A stretch of DNA of 64,000 nucleotides from Dehalococcoidia bacterium (GTDB lineage: Bacteria; Chloroflexota; Dehalococcoidia; Dehalococcoidales; Fen-1064). Position numbers and translations under genes: made by a program. The notes below the pieces were generated by a model. The model was not told where the DNA came from and did not search any database. It saw only the letters and a list, made by a program, of their open reading frames with translations. Every line of letters starts with the position of its first letter. Position 1 is the first letter of the stretch. The DNA lies in NCBI GenBank assembly GCA_011170375.1, contig DUEV01000002.1, positions 263,052 through 327,051 of the forward strand, read 5' to 3'. Shown here piece by piece: positions 52,226-59,736 of the stretch.

Positions 52226-52444
52226 TCATCTGTGGGAGCCACTCAAGCACTTGGCACAATTGTCATATCCCTGACTGTGGGCTTCAAATAATATATCAGG
52301 TTCGAAGGTCACGGCATGACCAGCCCTGATAATCTCGTCGATTTGACACCCACTCCCTGAGGTATCTTCGTTATCCAGGTCATGCACTTCTTTCGACTTG
52401 ATGTTGCCGAGGAATCTTTTACCAGGATACTGAGGTCTACGCAT
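52226..52444 (-). CDS. Small Cys-containing protein (72 aa), possibly metal-binding
   Basis: ...SKEVHDLDNEDTSGSGCQIDEI...AHSQGYDNCAKCL resembles the xKxYHxxxC...GYxPCxxC small-domain pattern. SD AAGGGAGG. Confidence 0.45.
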   Translation of the reverse strand: MRRPQYPGKRFLGNIKSKEVHDLDNEDTSGSGCQIDEIIRAGHAVTFEPDILFEAHSQGYDNCAKCLSGSHR

Positions 52445-52658
52445 AACGTCACCTCCCTTGGCCGAATGTGGTCGGCCAGTGCAGGGATTATGACATAAAA
52501 GAAGGGTAAAGTAAATGACCCAAACGAACGTTGACCATGCTTGGGGTTTCAGTGAAGGGCAAAATGGTGTATACTTACCTCTTTAAAAGGCCTAAATATT
52601 CACTCGCCTGAGCTATATTCTTAGGCTATCCGGCGAAGAAAAATGGACTGTTTGATAC

Positions 52659-52836
52659 TTGACGGGTAGAGTCTTTGTGATATGATAGGGCTGAAGGTGG
52701 GGGAGGGGATGATAGTCTAGGTGGACCTTCAGAAAGGAGATGAGCCTATGTATGATGATAAATGGAGGTCTTCTGCCTAGATAGAAGACCTTCGCATTAA
52801 GAGCGGGGCCATCGTTTGGTGGTCCCGTTCTTATTT
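52659..52836 (+). ncRNA. Candidate small RNA / leader unit: promoter, two hairpins, a 10-codon micro-ORF and an intrinsic terminator
   Basis: TTGACG-N16-TATGAT (52659-52686). 8-bp helix CTGAAGGT/ACCTTCAG (52691-52732). SD AAAGGAG plus ATG at 52748 (MYDDKWRSSA*). 9-bp hairpin 52766-52791. Terminator CGGGGCCA-N8-TGGTCCCG followed by TTCTTATTT (52804-52836). No + strand gene follows. Confidence 0.3.
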
Positions 52837-52859
52837 ATGCTTCCCAGCAAGCAGGAAAT

Positions 52860-52964
52860 CTACCTGGTAGATACCACGAGTATCGCTATGGCAGAGAAAA
52901 GTATTACAATAGCAGCCAATGCCAGTGCCAGAAGTCCCCACCATGTTTTGTACCAATTGTGCAT
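52860..52964 (-). CDS. 34-aa hydrophobic micro-ORF (single TM); speculative
   Basis: My own translation: MHNWYKTWWGLLALALAAIVILFSAIAILVVSTR. A G-rich SD-like GGGGGGA lies 7 nt upstream. It is convergent with the 52659-52836 unit. Confidence 0.2.
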   Translation of the reverse strand: MHNWYKTWWGLLALALAAIVILFSAIAILVVSTR

Positions 52965-53031
52965 TGGTCGTCCCCCCAATAACAGGCAGGTCAAGCGGCG
53001 GGTATCAGCTAGCAGGAGAAAGACCCGAGTC

Positions 53032-53274
53032 TCATTTATCAGCGTAGTGCAAGAAAGCTAACCAGGCGTTGCGGTATCTGGTCCATGCCTTGTCCAAATT
53101 CTCCAAACGCTCCACGAACTGACGCGATGTAAGGGGCGCGATAACTGCCTGAAGGGATTTGCCTTCTATGATAGCCTCAGGCAGAGATTCTATCGTCTTA
53201 AGTTCATCCAGTGCCGCAGTGTATGTTTTAGCTGCTTCTATCAACTCCCAACGAGCTTCATCTTTTGTGACCAT
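53032..53274 (-). CDS. Hypothetical helical protein (80 aa)
   Basis: The SD GGAGGAG lies 3 nt before the ATG of MVTKDEARWELIEAAK...; the track start is 4 codons upstream. No family recognised. Confidence 0.45.
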   Translation of the reverse strand: MVTKDEARWELIEAAKTYTAALDELKTIESLPEAIIEGKSLQAVIAPLTSRQFVERLENLDKAWTRYRNAWLAFLHYADK

Positions 53275-53699
53275 TGTCTCCTCCACGATGCCCGGGTTCT
53301 TGCAGTAATTGTATCACAGTATCGGTATTCCTAGTAGGAAAAAGCAGATAGAAAGCGCTAGCAGAAATGTTAGCAATAACAATGTAAAGATGAGTATAAT
53401 AATCTGATAGGAATGTGGTATCGACAACCTCACACTCTCCTAAAGGAAAAATCGGTCAACCCTCTGTTAATCTTGAAAATTGTCATCTTAAAGTATATAT
53501 GTTACATTCATAAGATAGAATGTGCACGCACTCATCAACAACAATAACCACCTGCTACCAGCCCACGAGATGGCATGCTATTACCATTGATTCGGGATAA
53601 CTATATTACGTGATGATGGTGGTCAACAAATAGCAATTGCAGCCAGATGGCCGCTGAGATTAAGGCAGAAAATTCAATAATACCTGAAAGGAGTTTGGC

Positions 53700-54938
53700 A
53701 TGGTCTCAAGTGAACCAGAAAAATTGGAGGCACTAAGAGAGGAAGTCCGGGCTTTTCTACGTGAGAACCTTCCCGAGAAATGGGGAACACCGGCGTATGA
53801 GCCGCTAGAAGCAGGTAGCGAGGAACAAGTTGCACTGAGCAAATCGTTCACGAAGAAGCTATACGACGCCGGCTATACCGCATTCGGTGTTCCCGCTGAG
53901 TATGGCGGCATAGAACGCCCACGGGAGGAGATAGCCGTCATCCGTGAAGAGCTCAGGCGCCAGGGAACACCGATGCCATTCGTCGGTCTGGGACGATTGG
54001 TTGTCGACACACTACTGCAGTGGGGTACGGAAGAGCAAAAGAAACGCTTCCTTCCCCCGATACTGAGAGGTGAAGTCTACTGGATTGAGGGCTTCTCCGA
54101 ACCCAATGCCGGTTCGGACCTGGCTGGTGTCCAGACCACCGCCGTCAGGGACGGCGATGAATGGGTAATTAACGGGCAGAAATGCTGGACCAGTGGCTGG
54201 GACTATGGCGAATGGGGCTTCCTGCTGTGCCGAACGGACGTGAATGCCCCGCGGCACCGCAACCTAGGCTTCTTTCTCTTCGACTGCAACACACCCGGCT
54301 TCAGTCGAAGACCGTTGTACCAGATAACTGCCGAAGCCCATGCCCAATATGGTGAACTCTTCTTCGACGATATGCGCGTCCCCCACGAGAACCTGGTAGG
54401 TGAAGAAGGCAGAGGCTGGTATATCGCCATGACGACGCTGATTGCCGAGAGGGGTGGAGGCCAGGTATCCGCAGCCAGCGGTGAGACCGGTGGAATGGGC
54501 CTGGGCCTGTTTGGTACAAGGACCATAGGCGGTGTTGACAGTCTGATTGAACTCGCCAGGAAGACCAAGCACTATGGTCAGACCGCCTGGGACGATAGTA
54601 GTTTCCGCAGGAGAATAGCCCAGATTGCCATTGAGAACGAGGCAATGAGGGCTTACGGCATGCGCCTCGGCAAGATGATTATGAGTGGGTCTGCCTCCGG
54701 AAATGAAGCCTCGATGGCGAAATTGACCTGGACCGAACAGGGCAAACGACGGGGAGACATGGTGTGTGAAATGATTGGGGCCTACTCCCAGCTGATGAGG
54801 GGTGACCCAAGGGCAGTAGATAATGGTGACCTTGTTTTCAGTATGCTCATGTCACGAGGTACCACTATATTTATGGGTACCTCGGAGATATGCCGCAACA
54901 TTCTCTCCGAAAGGATACTGGGACTGCCCAGGGGATAG
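53700..54938 (+). CDS. Acyl-CoA dehydrogenase family protein (FadE-like)
   Basis: 412 aa. GFSEPNAGSDLAG, WVINGQKCWTSG and a C-terminal GTSEICRNILSERILGLPR. SD AAAGGAG. Confidence 0.85.
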   Translation: MVSSEPEKLEALREEVRAFLRENLPEKWGTPAYEPLEAGSEEQVALSKSFTKKLYDAGYTAFGVPAEYGGIERPREEIAVIREELRRQGTPMPFVGLGRLVVDTLLQWGTEEQKKRFLPPILRGEVYWIEGFSEPNAGSDLAGVQTTAVRDGDEWVINGQKCWTSGWDYGEWGFLLCRTDVNAPRHRNLGFFLFDCNTPGFSRRPLYQITAEAHAQYGELFFDDMRVPHENLVGEEGRGWYIAMTTLIAERGGGQVSAASGETGGMGLGLFGTRTIGGVDSLIELARKTKHYGQTAWDDSSFRRRIAQIAIENEAMRAYGMRLGKMIMSGSASGNEASMAKLTWTEQGKRRGDMVCEMIGAYSQLMRGDPRAVDNGDLVFSMLMSRGTTIFMGTSEICRNILSERILGLPRG

Positions 54939-54995
54939 TCCGACGAGAAAACAGCACAGCATATTAGTTAAGAAGGAATATAAGGAGCATTAGTC

Positions 54996-56150
54996 ATGGC
55001 GATAGAACTCGGTCTCAATGAAGAACAGTCGATGTTAAAGACGATGGCAAGGGATTTTCTAGCCACTGAAGCCCCGAAGACGTTTGTCCGGCAGATGATG
55101 GATGACGAGGTAGGGCATTCCCCGGAACTGTGGCAGAAGATGGCCGAACTCGGGTGGCAAGGGCTCGTTTTCCCCGAGGAGTACGGCGGAGCGGCAATGA
55201 ATTTCAGAGACCTGACGATACTCTGTGAGGAGATGGGGCGGGCTGTAATGCCCGGTCCCTTCTACTCGACCGTTATTCTCGTCGGGCTACCTATTCTCGA
55301 TTTCGGTACTGACGAACAAAAAGCGGAATTCCTCCCCAAAATAGCTAATGGCGAGATTGTCTGCACTCTCGCCGCCCTCGAGGAAAGTGGTGACCTGTGG
55401 GCAGATGATTTGCATTTCAGGGCATTACCGCGTGGCGATGGTTATGCCCTCAGTGGCACCAAAATGTTTGTCACCGATGCCAAGGCAGCCGATTACATGC
55501 TCGTCGCTGCCCGCACTAGGCGTACCCAGGACCCTGAAGACGGAGTCACTCTTTTTATGGTCAATGCCAATGATTTCGGAATATACATAGATAATATGAC
55601 TGTCATGGACCTGACCCGGAAGCAATATGAAGTGCGGTTCACCGATGTGCCGGTATCTGCCAGCAATATTATCGGTGAATTACATGGAGGCTGGCCTATC
55701 CTGCAGCAGATTGCCCTCAAAGCATCAGCGGTACTTAGCGCCGAGATGGTCGGAGCAGGTGAGATGGCAATGGAAATGACCGTAGCCTACCTGAAGGACA
55801 GGATGCAGTTCGGCGTGGTCATCGGTACGTTCCAGGCACTAAAGCACAAGGCAGCCGACATGTACGCTGCCATGGAGTATTCCCGCTCACTCATGGAATG
55901 GGCAGCCGAGTGTGTCAAGGAAGACGACCGCGATGCCCCTATGGCTGTCGCTATGGCCAAGAGCTACTGCGGTGACGCCGTCAAGTTCGTCACGGATGCG
56001 GGGATCCAGTTGCATGGTGGCATTGGCTTCACATGGGACCACGATATGCACCTGTACTTCAAGAGGGGCAGGTACAACGACACCACCTTCGGTGACAGCA
56101 ACTACCAGAAAGAGTGGATAACCAGGAAACTTGAAGCCAACCTTATGTAA
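54996..56150 (+). CDS. Acyl-CoA dehydrogenase family protein (second subunit-like)
   Basis: 384 aa. ...LHGGIGFTWDHDMHLYFKRGR, typical of the actinobacterial-type FadE C-terminus. SD TAAGGAG. Confidence 0.85.
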   Translation: MAIELGLNEEQSMLKTMARDFLATEAPKTFVRQMMDDEVGHSPELWQKMAELGWQGLVFPEEYGGAAMNFRDLTILCEEMGRAVMPGPFYSTVILVGLPILDFGTDEQKAEFLPKIANGEIVCTLAALEESGDLWADDLHFRALPRGDGYALSGTKMFVTDAKAADYMLVAARTRRTQDPEDGVTLFMVNANDFGIYIDNMTVMDLTRKQYEVRFTDVPVSASNIIGELHGGWPILQQIALKASAVLSAEMVGAGEMAMEMTVAYLKDRMQFGVVIGTFQALKHKAADMYAAMEYSRSLMEWAAECVKEDDRDAPMAVAMAKSYCGDAVKFVTDAGIQLHGGIGFTWDHDMHLYFKRGRYNDTTFGDSNYQKEWITRKLEANLM

Positions 56151-56245
56151 ACAGCATCAATAGTTCCACGCAGGTAGCGTAAGTAGAAAATTCTGCAGGT
56201 CTACAGTGGGAAAGCGAATTCAGAATAGTCCTGCAGGAGGGATGA

Positions 56246-57292
56246 ATGCTCGAGGTTAAGAACTTATCAGCCAAGCGAGAGGAATTTTATCTCAAGGATG
56301 TATCCTTCGCTGTTCAGGATGGGGAGTACTTTGTGCTCTTGGGGCCTACAGGTGCCGGTAAGACCGTTCTACTGGAGTCTATTGCCGGCATAACCGGGAT
56401 TCGCGGCGGCCAGGTATGGATTAATGGCAAAGACGTGACTTCACTCACGGTCCTGGAAAGACAAATAGGCTTTGCCTATCAAAAATATGCTCTCTATCGC
56501 CACCTGCCAGTCCGTGACAACATATCATTCGGGCTGACGTGGAGATTCAAATCACAGAAAGAGATCAACAAAGCCGTCGACCAGGTGATTGAGCTACTCA
56601 ATCTTCAGAACCTAATCGATAAGAGGCCCTGGGCCCTGAGCGGAGGCGAAAGCCAGAAGATATGCCTGGCTAGAGCAATCGCAGTAAGACCTGACCTTCT
56701 TATTCTTGACGAGCCGTTGGGTTCCGTTGATCCCGAATCAAGGGAAAGTACTGAGCGAGAGCTGAAGGATACGCATAGGCGTCTTGGCCTGACGACCATT
56801 CATGTCACACATGACTTTGAAGAAGCGATTGCTTTGGGCGACCGCATAGCGGTAATGATTAATGGCAGCATTATGCAGATAGGCACCCCCGATGAAGTGT
56901 TTCGCCACCCGAATTCGGAGGCCGTGGCCCGATTTTTGATGACGAGAAACATATTCGACGGAGAAGTAGAAGACGGCCCTGATGGCCAGAGTGTCTTTTG
57001 CCTTGACGGAACGAAGTTAAATGTGGCTACGACCCTACGGGGCAGGCGACATGCCTCAGTTAGGCCAGAAGACATTACGATTCTGGTTGATGCGCCTGAC
57101 TCCGGCACTGATAATACATTTCAGGGTACCATCACACGCATATCCGACCGTGGTGCAATCGCTCATGTATGGGTAGATGTACCACCGGAATTCACCTGTC
57201 TTGTACTTCACCCCGTACTTGAGAAGATGGGCCTGAAGGAAGGACAGCAGATAAGCATCAGGTTCAACGCCTCAGCAGTTAATATTTTCTGA
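56246..57292 (+). CDS. ABC transporter ATP-binding protein with C-terminal TOBE/MOP-like domain (ModC/WtpC/CysA-type importer ATPase)
   Basis: Walker A GPTGAGKT, signature LSGGESQ, Walker B LILDEP and an H-loop VTHDFEEA. The C-terminal beta domain reads FQGTITRISDRGAIAHVWV...ISIRFNASAVNIF. Confidence 0.85.
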   Translation: MLEVKNLSAKREEFYLKDVSFAVQDGEYFVLLGPTGAGKTVLLESIAGITGIRGGQVWINGKDVTSLTVLERQIGFAYQKYALYRHLPVRDNISFGLTWRFKSQKEINKAVDQVIELLNLQNLIDKRPWALSGGESQKICLARAIAVRPDLLILDEPLGSVDPESRESTERELKDTHRRLGLTTIHVTHDFEEAIALGDRIAVMINGSIMQIGTPDEVFRHPNSEAVARFLMTRNIFDGEVEDGPDGQSVFCLDGTKLNVATTLRGRRHASVRPEDITILVDAPDSGTDNTFQGTITRISDRGAIAHVWVDVPPEFTCLVLHPVLEKMGLKEGQQISIRFNASAVNIF

Positions 57293-57322
57293 AGAGGCCA
57301 GAAGCAGCGGTGACCAGACAAT

Positions 57323-57574
57323 TTGAGATGGTGGGGCATTCTACTGTCGAACCAGCTGCTACCTGAAGTTAAGAAGCTGGCGATAGTGACCAACGGGGGT
57401 GGATCTGGCATAATTGCCGCCGTTGCTTCAGCACGTAATAGTCTACTGCTCCCGGAGTTCTCAGAAGACGCTATCGATAAACTGAAATATATCTCGAAAC
57501 GGGACGTTCGCCTTAATGATCCCCTCGATAGACCGTCGGCGTACGCAGTAGCAGTACTGAATACGCCTCCCTAG
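57323..57574 (+). pseudogene. Relic of an ADP-forming acetyl-CoA synthetase / CoA-ligase flavodoxin-like domain
   Basis: KKLAIVTNGGGSGIIAAVASARNSLLLPEFSEDAIDKLKYI...NDPLD matches the internal xVAIITNxGGPGVLAAD...LxxLSxETxxxL...NPxD segment of roughly 700-aa AcdA-type proteins. Only about 80 codons remain. Confidence 0.5.
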
Positions 57575-57724
57575 TTCGTTTTCCCCACGCAGAATGCAGG
57601 TACCACGAAGTCGCACATCCACCAATTTCACCGCATAGAGAGGTTACTAATTAAAGTTAAGTAAAGTATAATGTAACCGCATATAAGTACCCAACATCAG
57701 GAAGAATTACTTGTATGGATATCT

Positions 57725-59707
57725 ATGATGGAGTGTGAAAGAAGAACGACTCGAATAATCATTGAGGGAGTAACCCCTGAGATTGATGGTGGTCGCTTCC
57801 CTATCAAACGGATCATCGGCGACAGGGTGATTATAGAGGCCGATATATTCGCCGATGGTCATGACGCTCTGTCTGCTGTGCTCCTTCACCGCACGGAAGA
57901 CAACCCGAATTGGAGCGAAGTGCCCATGGAGTCTCTGGTCAATGACCGCTGGCGCGGCTCCTTTGTGGTCACCAAACTAGGGCGCTATCGGTATACATGC
58001 GTGGCCTGGGTTGACCGCTTCAGGACCTGGCAGCAGGACATGTTGAAGAGGGTCGAGGCGAAGCAAGATGTTTCTGTTGATTTCCTGATAGGTGCCCAAC
58101 TGATTGAGGAAGCAATCCAGCGTGCCGGAAAAACTGATGCGGGCAATATGAAGAAATGGGTAGAGTCACTACGTTCGAGTCAGGTGTCGCCCTCGGCAAA
58201 AGCCAGGCTGGTACTAGGTAAAAAGGTGGCCGCAGTCATGGCCAAGTACTCAGATAGAAGATTTTCTGTTACTTATCCCGAAGAACTTGTCGTGGTCGTT
58301 GACCGCGAGAAGGCACGTTTTAGCACCTGGTATGAGATGTTCCCCCGTTCCTGCATGTCTGAGCCTGGTCGTCACAGCACCTTCAAGGATTGCGAGACGC
58401 GCCTTCCCTACATCTCAGAGATGGGCTTTGATGTGCTGTATTTCCCCCCAATCCACCCCATCGGCCACACCAGCCGGAAGGGTAAGAATAACAATCCCAC
58501 GGCCAAAGCGGGTGACCCTGGCACCCCCTGGGCTATCGGGTCACAAGAAGGGGGGCACAAATCAGTCCATCCTCAGCTCGGTACTTTAGAAGACTTCCGA
58601 GGCTTCATTAATAAGGCGCGAGAGTATGGAATTGAGATAGCCCTTGACCTGGCTTTCCAGTGCTCACCCGACCATCCCTACGTTAAAGAACACCCGGAAT
58701 GGTTCAGGTGGCGTCCGGATGGGACGGTGCAGTATGCCGAAAACCCACCCAAGAAGTATCAGGATATTTACCCGCTGGAATTCGAGACCGATAACCAGCA
58801 GGAACTCTGGGAGGAGCTTAAGAGCATTATCCTTTTCTGGATAGAGCAGGGAGTACGCATCTTCCGGGTGGATAATCCCCATACCAAGCCCTTCGTTTTT
58901 TGGGAGTGGTTGATTAACGAGGTCAAAAGGGACTACCCCGAAGTCATCTTCCTGTCCGAGGCCTTTACCCGGCCCAAGATAATGTACCGTCTGGCCAAGC
59001 TGGGTTTCACCCAGTCTTATACCTATTTCACCTGGCGCAATGTCAAGTGGGAGCTCACCGAGTACTTCACCGAGCTCACTCAGACCGATGTTCAGGAGTT
59101 CTTCCACCCTAACCTCTGGCCAAATACCCCTGACATTCTGAGCGACTACCTTTGTGACGGCGGGTGGCCGGCATTCATGACACGGCTTGTGCTGGCGGCG
59201 ACTCTGGGAGCTAGTTACGGGATTTATGGTCCTGCCTTTGAGCTCTGCGAAAACCGCCGAAAAGACAAGGAAAGTGAAGAGTATCTGGACTCAGAAAAAT
59301 ACGAGCTCAAGCAGTGGGATATCAAGAGCCCCGACAGCCTCAAGGATTTCATTGCCCGGGTAAATAGCATCCGCAGGCAAAATCCAGCCCTGCAGAGTGA
59401 CCTTAGTCTGTGTTTTCACTCAGTAGATAACGACCAGCTTATTTGCTATAGCAAGCATACGGAAGACCTTTCTAACGTAATACTGGTTGTTGTGAATCTG
59501 GATTATCGGTATAAGCAGTTGGGGTGGGTAGACCTTTCCCTTGATGAACTGGGGATTGACCTCAGCAAGCCGTATAAAGTACGTGATCTGTTAACGGATG
59601 CTACCTATCAGTGGCAAGGCTCTCGAAACTACGTGGAACTGGATCCTGGAAAGATACCTGCCCATATCTTTCGGATAGACCAGGGGATTACTGAGAGCAA
59701 GAATTAG
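57725..59707 (+). CDS. glgE: Alpha-1,4-glucan:maltose-1-phosphate maltosyltransferase
   Basis: 660 aa. N-terminal IEGVTPEIDGGRFPIKRIIGDRV, then YFPPIHPIG..., RVDNPHTKP, and LSEAFTRPK, typical of GlgE (GH13_3). Confidence 0.9.
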   Translation: MMECERRTTRIIIEGVTPEIDGGRFPIKRIIGDRVIIEADIFADGHDALSAVLLHRTEDNPNWSEVPMESLVNDRWRGSFVVTKLGRYRYTCVAWVDRFRTWQQDMLKRVEAKQDVSVDFLIGAQLIEEAIQRAGKTDAGNMKKWVESLRSSQVSPSAKARLVLGKKVAAVMAKYSDRRFSVTYPEELVVVVDREKARFSTWYEMFPRSCMSEPGRHSTFKDCETRLPYISEMGFDVLYFPPIHPIGHTSRKGKNNNPTAKAGDPGTPWAIGSQEGGHKSVHPQLGTLEDFRGFINKAREYGIEIALDLAFQCSPDHPYVKEHPEWFRWRPDGTVQYAENPPKKYQDIYPLEFETDNQQELWEELKSIILFWIEQGVRIFRVDNPHTKPFVFWEWLINEVKRDYPEVIFLSEAFTRPKIMYRLAKLGFTQSYTYFTWRNVKWELTEYFTELTQTDVQEFFHPNLWPNTPDILSDYLCDGGWPAFMTRLVLAATLGASYGIYGPAFELCENRRKDKESEEYLDSEKYELKQWDIKSPDSLKDFIARVNSIRRQNPALQSDLSLCFHSVDNDQLICYSKHTEDLSNVILVVVNLDYRYKQLGWVDLSLDELGIDLSKPYKVRDLLTDATYQWQGSRNYVELDPGKIPAHIFRIDQGITESKN

Positions 59708-59736
59708 CGTATAATGCATGAGAGAGGTTGACTAAT

